The notes under the pieces were generated by a model that was not told where the DNA came from, ran no database searches, and saw only the letters and a list, made by a program, of their open reading frames with translations. From positions 10,477 through 74,476 of the forward strand of contig JAKQPY010000154.1 in NCBI GenBank assembly GCA_029564465.1: a DNA stretch of 64,000 nucleotides, given 5' to 3'. This DNA is from Bacteroidota bacterium. GTDB lineage: Bacteria > Bacteroidota > Bacteroidia > Bacteroidales > ML635J-15. Positions 56,545 to 64,000 of the stretch are shown piece by piece. Each line of letters opens with the position of its first letter. Position 1 is the first letter of the stretch. Both the position numbers and the translations under genes were made by a program.

Positions 56545-59451
56545 ATGCAAAACCAAATGCTAATAACTTCCTATCATGCAAGGTATTTTGCATTTGAATT
56601 AACTCGAAGAAGATCTGCTGAGGACATTGGCAAATTAACTGCTGCCCTACAGGATGCTCAGGTGGATTTAAACCCGCATCAGGTTGATGCAGCTTTGTTT
56701 GCGTTCAAATCTCCTTTGTCTAAGGGTGCTTTATTAGCCGACGAAGTGGGTCTGGGCAAAACTATCGAAGCTGGTATAATTCTCTCTCAAAAATGGGCTG
56801 AGCACAAACGTAAACTCCTTATCATTGCTCCTGCTAACTTACGTAAGCAATGGAATCAGGAACTTCTTGATAAGTTCTTTTTACCCTCTGACATTCTCGA
56901 ATCAAAATCTTTTAATACTGAAATTAAAAACGGAGTCAAAAACCCTTTCGACCAGCAATCTATTGTAATTTCTTCTTTTCAGTTTATCCGGTCAAAAGAG
57001 TTATTTGTTTCCTCTGTCAAATGGGACCTGGTTATCATTGACGAAGCCCATCGGCTACGCAACGTATATAAACCAAGCAATAAAATTGCAAATTCACTAA
57101 AAAGCACACTGGCTCCTTTTCCCAAAGTATTACTGACTGCAACTCCCTTACAAAACTCCCTTATGGAATTGTTCGGATTGGTCAGCATTATTGATGATTA
57201 CATTTTTGGTGATATTAAGAGCTTTAAATCTCAATTTTCTAAACTTACTGCCGAACAGAACTTCTCCGACCTGAAAACCCGTTTAAATACTGTTTGCCGT
57301 CGTACTTTGCGTCGTCAGGTTTCCGAATACATCAATTACACAAACAGAGTTGCAATTCTCGAAGAATTTATTCCTACTAATGAGGAGCAGAAGCTTTACG
57401 ATTGGGTTTCTGAATATCTTCGTACTCCGGTCTTATATGCGCTCCCTGCAAGCCAAAGGCATTTAATGACTCTCATTCTTCGCAAACTCCTCGCCTCATC
57501 TTCCTTCGCTATCGCTGATACGTTCGGTGCTATCGCTTCTCGTCTTGAAAAATTAATTTCAAAACTACCGGTCGATTGCTTGCCTGACTTTACTGAAAAC
57601 TTTGATACTTTCGATGAATTATCAGAGGAATGGAACGATGACGATATTGATACCGATTCTGCCTTTTCTTTAACCGATGAACAAATTGATGAAATAAAAA
57701 ACGAGATTACATTACTCAGATCTTTTCAAACCCTGGCTATAAACATTCGTAAAAACGCTAAAGGCGAAAAACTAAAGACTGCCTTGAAAAAAGGCTTCGA
57801 AAAGCTAAAAGAATTGAATGCCAACCAAAAAGCAATAATCTTTACTGAATCTACTCGCACCCAATTATACCTTAAAAACCTTCTTGAGTCTTCCGGTTTC
57901 TCAGGTAAAATTGTTTTATTCAATGGTACCAATAACGACTCCCATTCGCAGAATATTTACAAAGCTTGGTTAAAAAAACATGCCGGTACCGACCGAATTA
58001 CGGGCTCTAAAACAGCCGATTTACGTCAGTCCATTGTCGATTATTTTCGTGACGATGCCGTTATTATGATTGCCACCGAAGCTGCTGCCGAAGGAATTAA
58101 CCTTCAGTTCTGCTCACTGGTTGTAAACTACGACTTGCCTTGGAACCCTCAGCGAATCGAACAACGTATCGGCAGATGCCACCGATATGGCCAAAAATTC
58201 GATGTCGTTGTCGTGAATTTCCTCAATAAATCAAATGCTGCCGACCAACGTGTGTACCAACTCCTCGACGAAAAATTCAAACTGTTTAGCGGTGTTTTTG
58301 GGGCTAGCGACGAAGTGTTGGGTTCCCTCGAATCTGGTGTTGACTTCGAAAAGCGAATTGCTGAAATTTATCAAAACTGTCGGTCAGAGTCCGAAATAAA
58401 ACTTGCATTCGATGCTTTGCAGTCCGAAATGGAAATCGAAATCGAAAAAAACATTGACATTGCACGCAAAAACCTTCTCGAGAACTTCGACGAAGATGTT
58501 CACCACAAGCTTCGAATTAGCCTCGAACGTGGGCGCGAATACCTGAATAAATTCGAAAACTGGCTCTGGCAAATCACCACTTTCTACTTGAACGATCTTA
58601 TCCAACTCGACAAAACATCAGATTCCTTTGTCCTGAAGGAAAACCCATTTAAAAAACAAACTATAAACCTTGGCCCTTACCATTTATTGCGTTCTTCGGG
58701 TAACTCTAAAAAATCAGAGATTGTAATTCCCGATTCCGCTAATATTTACCGAATTGGTCATCCTTTAGCGCAACAAATTATAACCGAATGCAAAAACATT
58801 CCAACTCCGACTGCAGAACTAATTTTCAATTATTCAGCCTCTAATGTAAAAATATCAGTACTTGAATCCTACGTTGGCACATCCGGTTGGTTGCAATTAA
58901 AGCAACTCACTGTGTGTTCTTTCGAAGAAGAAGACTTTCTTATTTTCTCGGCTATTTCCGAAAACTCAGAAGAAATCATCCCCGAAATAGCTTACAAACT
59001 CTTTTCCCTGCAGGCGCAAATTTCTGAACCCGTTAATCTTCCCTACGAAACCATATCCCATCTGCAAAACATCTATAACAAACAAAAACTTGAACTCCTC
59101 AACGATAGCTTACAAAAAAACGCCGCCTGGTTCGACGAAGAATATGCAAAACTCGACCGCTGGGCCGACGACATGAAACTCAGCCTTGAGAAAGAAATTA
59201 AAGACATTGATGCCGAAATCAAACTTCGTAAAGCCGAGGTCAGGAAAATTCTCGACTTACGGTTGAAACTCAACGAACAAAGAGCCATAAAAGACCTCGG
59301 AAAAAAACGCTCCGACAAAAGGCGTAATCTTTTCGAAGCCCAGGATAGCATCGATTCCAAGAAAGAAAATCTCCTTTCCGAAATCGAAAAACGCCTAAAC
59401 CATAAGTCTCACGAAATCAATCTATTTACTATCAAATGGAAAATAAATTAA
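56545..59451 (+). CDS. SNF2-family (SF2) helicase with an uncharacterised C-terminal domain and a terminal coiled coil
   Basis: Motifs ADEVGLGKT (I), IIDEAHRLRN (II), LLLTATPLQN (III), QRIGRCHRYGQ (VI). Start at MQNQMLITSYHARYFAFELTRR. The C-terminal ~350 aa lack recognisable nuclease or methylase motifs and end in a K/E-rich coiled coil. Confidence 0.9.
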   Translation: MQNQMLITSYHARYFAFELTRRRSAEDIGKLTAALQDAQVDLNPHQVDAALFAFKSPLSKGALLADEVGLGKTIEAGIILSQKWAEHKRKLLIIAPANLRKQWNQELLDKFFLPSDILESKSFNTEIKNGVKNPFDQQSIVISSFQFIRSKELFVSSVKWDLVIIDEAHRLRNVYKPSNKIANSLKSTLAPFPKVLLTATPLQNSLMELFGLVSIIDDYIFGDIKSFKSQFSKLTAEQNFSDLKTRLNTVCRRTLRRQVSEYINYTNRVAILEEFIPTNEEQKLYDWVSEYLRTPVLYALPASQRHLMTLILRKLLASSSFAIADTFGAIASRLEKLISKLPVDCLPDFTENFDTFDELSEEWNDDDIDTDSAFSLTDEQIDEIKNEITLLRSFQTLAINIRKNAKGEKLKTALKKGFEKLKELNANQKAIIFTESTRTQLYLKNLLESSGFSGKIVLFNGTNNDSHSQNIYKAWLKKHAGTDRITGSKTADLRQSIVDYFRDDAVIMIATEAAAEGINLQFCSLVVNYDLPWNPQRIEQRIGRCHRYGQKFDVVVVNFLNKSNAADQRVYQLLDEKFKLFSGVFGASDEVLGSLESGVDFEKRIAEIYQNCRSESEIKLAFDALQSEMEIEIEKNIDIARKNLLENFDEDVHHKLRISLERGREYLNKFENWLWQITTFYLNDLIQLDKTSDSFVLKENPFKKQTINLGPYHLLRSSGNSKKSEIVIPDSANIYRIGHPLAQQIITECKNIPTPTAELIFNYSASNVKISVLESYVGTSGWLQLKQLTVCSFEEEDFLIFSAISENSEEIIPEIAYKLFSLQAQISEPVNLPYETISHLQNIYNKQKLELLNDSLQKNAAWFDEEYAKLDRWADDMKLSLEKEIKDIDAEIKLRKAEVRKILDLRLKLNEQRAIKDLGKKRSDKRRNLFEAQDSIDSKKENLLSEIEKRLNHKSHEINLFTIKWKIN

Positions 59452-59520
59452 ACAAAATAGCCTTTGAATATTCCCTTAAGAAAATACTTAATTGTAGTTT
59501 TTAACTAAACCATTTTTATT

Positions 59521-61323
59521 ATGTCCTTATTCCATAGCACAATAAAAAGTTCTGATTTAGTCGAAGGTATTTCGAAAAACAAACAACAATTTAAATTTTA
59601 TTCCGATTTGGCTATTCAAGGAACTTTCGAACTCAATTCCTACAACAATAGCACTAAATTTATAACTTTCCAAAATTGCACTTTCAATTCATTCTGCAAT
59701 ATTTCAGGTCATTTAAACTGCGGGATTAAGTTTATTGATTGCTCCTTTGATAAATCTTTATTTTTTAAACATATTCTAATTGATGATTTTAACATTGACG
59801 GAGCACCTTTATACGATAGCATTCATATATCTCATTGTACGATAAAAGGTGACTTGACTTTTTTCTCTGAAAATTCAATTTTAAAAAACATCAAAATAGA
59901 ATGCAGTACAATAGTTGGTCTCACTCTAGCAGGTCTGTATTCATCTGAAGGGGGGATTAAATTCTTAAATAATAAAGTTGAAAAATCTTCCTACATTGAT
60001 AATTGTAAATTGTTAAAAAACATCCATTTTGCTAACTCCGAATTTCTTGGTGACGTTAGTATGTCCGATAATACATGCTCTTCCATTATTATTCGCGAAA
60101 CTACCTTTAATGCTGCCTTTGCTCAATTCGAAAATATTTTAGAACAGAATATTTCATTAATAAATTCTGTTTTCAAAGGAAATACATTAATTAATGCGTG
60201 CTGTATAAAACAATTATTATCATTGAACAACAGCACTTTTCATAATCAATTTTCTATCTGTTTCTACAATCCGAATTACAAAACCATAAAAATCGGTGAA
60301 ATAAAAAATATTGAATTAACATCTTGCTCATTTTTGAATGGTGTTTTATTCAGTGGCGGCTCAAAAGGCAGCCTCTTCTCTGATATAAAATTCATTCACA
60401 TTATCGCTTCAAAAAAACTCACAGGCGAAATTGTATTTGATCATTTAAATATCAATTTATTACGTATTGAAGGTTCAAACTTCGATGCAAGCTTTTTCTT
60501 CAAACGCTGTCTTTTTACTCATATTCAATTCTCAAGATTTACCAATTTTGGTTCTCTTCATTTAATTGGTTCAGAAGCATTGCCTAACCAAAATACTGAA
60601 ACAATTTTCAAAATAATAGATTCGAATATAGGAAAAACTAATTTTTCCAATTTTTCATTCGCAAAATTTAAAAAAATTCAAATTGAAAATAGTGATTTAA
60701 CTCAAATTACAGCGTCTAACGTAACTTGGTTCAATCAAAAACAAATCTCTTCTCCGAAGATTTTCTACTCGAATAAACTTATTGTTCGATTAAAATCATG
60801 TGTTAAAAACAGTGTTAAAAATTACGAAGAAAACGACAAGCTTGTTAAAGAATTCCGTCAAATGCGTGAACTATTCCGTCAACTTAAATATGCTATGGAC
60901 CAACAGGGCAATCGTATTCAAGCCCTTGTTTTCAAACAATACGAAATGTCTTTTTTCCGTAAAGAACTCATACTTACAAAAAAACTCTGGAATTTCGATC
61001 GTCTGATTCTTTGGCTTAGTTGTTCCAACAATCATGGCCAAAACTGGATAAAGCCACTTCTAATTCTCACCTTGGTTGGCACTCCCCTATTCTCTTTACT
61101 ACTAATAATAGCCTTTAACTCCGGTTTCTCTCATTTCGCTGATGTGGTCTTTGAGTACAAACGTGTTTACCCAAATCTCTTGAACCCTGTTTTCACACTG
61201 AAAGACATTTTCGGTGAGCAGGTCTTTTCTGGTTGGCTTGTTTCAATTGCGGTTCTATATCGCATTCTTTACGCTTATCTAGTCTTTCAGGTTGTTTCAG
61301 CTTTCCGCAAATACATCAAATAA
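59521..61323 (+). CDS. Repeat (solenoid-like) protein with a C-terminal two-helix membrane anchor, unknown family
   Basis: No signal peptide. About 16 imperfect 21-23-aa repeats (I.F.NC.F...), a helical linker (FRQMRELFRQLKYAMDQQGNRIQAL), then TM helices IKPLLILTLVGTPLFSLLLIIAF and WLVSIAVLYRILYAYLVFQVVSAF. Confidence 0.8.
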   Translation: MSLFHSTIKSSDLVEGISKNKQQFKFYSDLAIQGTFELNSYNNSTKFITFQNCTFNSFCNISGHLNCGIKFIDCSFDKSLFFKHILIDDFNIDGAPLYDSIHISHCTIKGDLTFFSENSILKNIKIECSTIVGLTLAGLYSSEGGIKFLNNKVEKSSYIDNCKLLKNIHFANSEFLGDVSMSDNTCSSIIIRETTFNAAFAQFENILEQNISLINSVFKGNTLINACCIKQLLSLNNSTFHNQFSICFYNPNYKTIKIGEIKNIELTSCSFLNGVLFSGGSKGSLFSDIKFIHIIASKKLTGEIVFDHLNINLLRIEGSNFDASFFFKRCLFTHIQFSRFTNFGSLHLIGSEALPNQNTETIFKIIDSNIGKTNFSNFSFAKFKKIQIENSDLTQITASNVTWFNQKQISSPKIFYSNKLIVRLKSCVKNSVKNYEENDKLVKEFRQMRELFRQLKYAMDQQGNRIQALVFKQYEMSFFRKELILTKKLWNFDRLILWLSCSNNHGQNWIKPLLILTLVGTPLFSLLLIIAFNSGFSHFADVVFEYKRVYPNLLNPVFTLKDIFGEQVFSGWLVSIAVLYRILYAYLVFQVVSAFRKYIK

Positions 61324-61618
61324 ATGGCAGCAGCTAAATCTGAAATATTATTAACAGGTTTTTCTCGTTTTTGGGGGAAAACTTTATTTTTTTGGCATTC
61401 ATTTATTTCCCATTCTCAGTATTTTACATCCATGGAAACGATGTATTTACCTACCGACAACCATCAAAAAAAGCCCGCGAAAATCGCAGGCTTTCAAGGC
61501 TTTCACTTAGTTACATTCATTAAAAATGAAGAGGCTTTACTAAGTATTACATCACAAATATATATCTCAAAAAGAAAAATACCGCATATTTTAACAATTA
61601 TTTTTTAATTATTTTATT

Positions 61619-62428
61619 ATGTCGTTGAATTACAGCGAAATACAAAAATACATATCACAGGCTCGACTGCAACATTACGAAAATATTTGCTGCGCAGAAC
61701 CTCGTAAAACCCTGAAACTATACCAAACAAACCTACGTCTATCTCAAGCCTTCTACCCGATACTCTCCTTATTTGAGGTAATCCTTCGTAATGCAATTGA
61801 CTTTGAGTTAACCCTCCTCTTTTCCGACAGTAATTGGTTGATTAATCAGCAATCTGGGTTTATGAGCCATCCTTCTTTTACTTACACCGATAGACGCACT
61901 GGTGCTATAAGACACAACCATTTTTTAAAAAATAGCGTGGCAAAATCTATAACTGACCTTGGTGCAGCATCTACTCATGGAAAAATCATTGCTGACTTAA
62001 AATTCGGATATTGGACTGCACTTTTCGACATTACACCCTACCGTATTTTATCTGGGCGACCTATTCAAATATTTTCGAATTTACCCGCTGGAGCAAATCG
62101 TATTTTAGTCCATCAAAAACTCAACCGAATTCGAGATTTTCGCAATCGTATTTATCATAACGAACCCATTATTTTCGGAAAAGATACCTCAGGAAATGCA
62201 ACATTCGACTTATCAGTAGCACACCAAATATACACCGACATTAAGGAATGTTTCATTTGGCTAAACCTCGATTTTGACAAATGGACAAAACGCATTAACA
62301 ATATAGATTTCGAACTTGAAAGAGCCAATCGTGTTATGAAACATTATCCGCGCTTTTCATATTATTGCTGTCGTTTTTCTCTGGGCTGCAAGCATTACAG
62401 AAGGAAATATGCAAGAATAAATAATTAA
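61619..62428 (+). CDS. Abi_2-family (AbiD/AbiF-like) abortive-infection protein
   Basis: LYQTNLRLSQAFYPILSLFEVILRNAI, FGYWTALF and IRDFRNRIYHNEPI match the conserved blocks of the Abi_2 family as I remember them. Confidence 0.7.
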   Translation: MSLNYSEIQKYISQARLQHYENICCAEPRKTLKLYQTNLRLSQAFYPILSLFEVILRNAIDFELTLLFSDSNWLINQQSGFMSHPSFTYTDRRTGAIRHNHFLKNSVAKSITDLGAASTHGKIIADLKFGYWTALFDITPYRILSGRPIQIFSNLPAGANRILVHQKLNRIRDFRNRIYHNEPIIFGKDTSGNATFDLSVAHQIYTDIKECFIWLNLDFDKWTKRINNIDFELERANRVMKHYPRFSYYCCRFSLGCKHYRRKYARINN

Positions 62429-62465
62429 TATATTAATACAAAGACAATTTAAAATCACCTCAACA

Positions 62466-63056
62466 ATGACTCAGATTACCAATTTTAATCTTAACTCAAG
62501 AGACCCTTTCTCGCCGTTAATATGGTTTCTTGCAATTATTTTATTTTTGGCAATAATTGTTCCCATTCTTTTATTCCTAGTCTTCAATGTAACGGTTAGC
62601 ATGTATTTTTTTATTAACAATGTTACCCACTGTCCAATAAACGATGATGTAATTTCTATTATTTCTTCTAAACTTTTCAGCAAACCATCTGATGATTTTC
62701 TTGCAGCCATAGTCGCCCTCTTATTTACTTCCCTTAGTATTGCTGTTCCTATTATTGTTTCAAACATTGCCAATAGTTTGAAGCCTTATAAAGATAGCGA
62801 AATCCAAAAAATGTTTATTAAAGAACCTGCATTTAAGCGAGTTTTATTGGTTATTGCTCTGCTGGCTATTTCACTGTTTCTTTGGTTTTTTGTTGGTTCA
62901 ACTTTCTTTACCGGTTTTATATTTCTAATTTTTGGAATATATGCAATAATTGTATTTTGTCTGTTTCTCAGGAGGTCTATTCAATATATTACTGCAACCG
63001 ATGACGTAGTGTTACAAGATTTGTACTCAAATATAAATAAAGAAATAAATGGATAA
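62466..63056 (+). CDS. Four-TM membrane protein of unknown function
   Basis: Four hydrophobic helices (LIWFLAIILFLAIIVPILLFLVF, FLAAIVALLFTSLSIAVPIIV, VLLVIALLAISLFLWFFVG, FIFLIFGIYAIIVFCLFL). Confidence 0.65.
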   Translation: MTQITNFNLNSRDPFSPLIWFLAIILFLAIIVPILLFLVFNVTVSMYFFINNVTHCPINDDVISIISSKLFSKPSDDFLAAIVALLFTSLSIAVPIIVSNIANSLKPYKDSEIQKMFIKEPAFKRVLLVIALLAISLFLWFFVGSTFFTGFIFLIFGIYAIIVFCLFLRRSIQYITATDDVVLQDLYSNINKEING

Positions 63057-64000
63057 TGCTTCTGTTTTTCTCGAAAACATTCAAAAAGTTGGAAAAGTAG
63101 CCAGCGAAAAAATAAACAAAGGTCTGGAAGAAGATACTCAAATAATTGTTGACAATCTTAAAATGTATTTCTTGCAAATCATTGACTTAAAAACTTCGAA
63201 CCCAGCAAAATTCAAATCATTGTTAGTTCGTCCTCGGTTTAAAAAACTTGCAGACCCTGAAAATATTCCTTTTAACCTTTCCGAAGAGGATGATTTATCT
63301 TACGGAGGCATCCATGTATATTGCTCTGTTCTATTTAAAATTTTCAAAGAAGCTTACGAAAACGAATTACTAAATACAGCTCAACATACAGTAACTACAA
63401 TCGAGTCTATTTTAATTGAGCTCTTGAAAAAAGGTAAAGACTATCTGACTATCGCTCAATATTTTATTGATTCATTGCAGAGAATGAACATACGAATAAA
63501 CCAATCGCCTTCTAAAATAACAGTAATAAATCATCATGTTGCATATAGTTGGTTTTTTCGGCTTGTCTTCAAGGATGATTTTGCAATAGACGGTATTGAT
63601 ATTGCAAAAATTACACTCTTTAGTTCTATTCGCGAAATAATTAATAATGACATTGACGATATTTTTATTTCTTTTGTTGAATATATTCATTTGGGGCATT
63701 ATATGCCTGACTTCTCACTTATTCCTCAGTTAGATTTTAGAACAATTAACCATAGAGATCCGAAAGTAAGGGGCTACGAAAAATTAAGTAATGAGTTTAT
63801 ACATAATTCTTGTAAGGCTTTAATTTATTCGGATTATTTAGGTTCGCAAAAGAAATTAGAAGAAATTAGAAATTCAATTAATGAATTGCCTGACATTGAT
63901 GCTGCTGAAAAATTAACGCTAATTTCAAAGCATGAAGAATATGCAAAAAAAATGTTTAAATACAAATCACTACAACAAGTAGTGATTTGGTTAGGTACAT
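63049..64000 (+). CDS. Unknown protein, 3'-truncated by the window edge (not in the ORF track)
   Basis: Read by hand: ATG at 63049 overlaps the previous stop (ATGGATAA). The frame stays open for 317 codons to the window end (MDNASVFLENIQKVGKV...QQVVIWLGT). No domain recognised. Confidence 0.65.
   Translation, partial: MDNASVFLENIQKVGKVASEKINKGLEEDTQIIVDNLKMYFLQIIDLKTSNPAKFKSLLVRPRFKKLADPENIPFNLSEEDDLSYGGIHVYCSVLFKIFKEAYENELLNTAQHTVTTIESILIELLKKGKDYLTIAQYFIDSLQRMNIRINQSPSKITVINHHVAYSWFFRLVFKDDFAIDGIDIAKITLFSSIREIINNDIDDIFISFVEYIHLGHYMPDFSLIPQLDFRTINHRDPKVRGYEKLSNEFIHNSCKALIYSDYLGSQKKLEEIRNSINELPDIDAAEKLTLISKHEEYAKKMFKYKSLQQVVIWLGT

Larger units (their letters stand above)
50591..64000. mobile_element. 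Integrative genomic island (int, Xis-like HTHs, primase/DUF3987, defence-like cargo); left end at the tRNA-Met fragment, right end beyond the window
   Basis: A tyrosine recombinase sits 177 nt from the truncated tRNA. Spot counts of single 60-nt lines give ~30% GC at 60001 versus ~48% at 16201. Gene content is typical of Bacteroidota integrative or mobilizable elements. Confidence 0.75.

Noticed and set aside
56288-56563. 91-aa ORF in the leader of the SNF2 gene, and the 94-aa ORF at 61324..61608 after the 600-aa gene.
   Set aside because: Both have Cys/Phe/Leu-rich or otherwise low-complexity, non-protein-like composition derived from T-rich DNA. The first overlaps the SNF2 start. The second spans the hairpin at 61472..61492. 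Neither has a motif. I treat both as non-coding, although the 61324 ORF abuts the preceding stop (TAAATG) and cannot be fully excluded.
56545-61323. Known SNF2-containing systems (DISARM, Zorya, type I/III R-M-like) as an explanation for the helicase.
   Set aside because: None of the expected partners are recognisable on the island within the window: no DrmA/B/C or methylase, no ZorA/B MotAB-like proteins, no hsd/mod genes or NPPY/DPPY motifs. This rests on eye inspection only and needs an HMM check.
59521-61323. Classical pentapeptide-repeat protein.
   Set aside because: The periodicity is ~21-23 residues with an I.F.NC.F pattern rather than a clean A(D/N)LXX five-residue repeat. It may still form a related solenoid, so I left it as an unknown family.
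50591-64000. Prophage.
   Set aside because: No capsid, terminase, portal, tail or lysis genes in the 13.4 kb visible. The content fits an integrative or mobilizable island better, but the unseen right part could change this.

Overview
64-kb Bacteroidota-type chromosomal segment, judged from many type A and type B T9SS C-terminal sorting domains, TAnnTTTG-like -7 boxes, and anaerobe markers (rubrerythrin, a Na+-pumping methylmalonyl-CoA decarboxylase operon). Layout: 0-7.9 kb, three T9SS-secreted peptidase-like proteins. 7.9-11.8 kb, purC, phoH, a DUF62 SAM hydrolase and a PagL-like outer-membrane protein. 11.9-17.7 kb, mce-mmdA-mmdD-mmdC-mmdB operon plus a second OadG-like gene. 17.9-28.7 kb, ECF sigma factor, an anti-sigma-like protein and a 2782-aa SprB-repeat adhesin. 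28.9-33.9 kb, rbr, murB, a glycosyltransferase and two membrane proteins. 33.9-42.7 kb, two tandem paralogous STAND NTPase-TM-WD40 genes, a four-helix-bundle gene cassette and an orphan 343-aa gene. 42.8-50.2 kb, RRM protein, rluD, PASTA protein and secreted proteins. 50.5-64 kb, an AT-rich integrative island abutting a truncated tRNA-Met; it carries an integrase, two Xis-like HTH genes and a primase/DUF3987 gene, then cargo: an SNF2 helicase plus a solenoid/2-TM protein, an Abi_2 protein, and a 4-TM protein translationally coupled to an unknown ORF that runs off the window. I saw no rRNA, CRISPR array, transposase or intact tRNA. Best candidates for an undescribed system: (1) the SNF2 helicase + membrane-anchored solenoid operon on the island; (2) the tandem STAND-TM-WD40 pair with near-identical NTPase modules and unrelated sensor halves; (3) the Abi_2 / 4-TM / unknown-ORF trio. 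All functional calls rest on motif and architecture recognition by eye; no database search was run.
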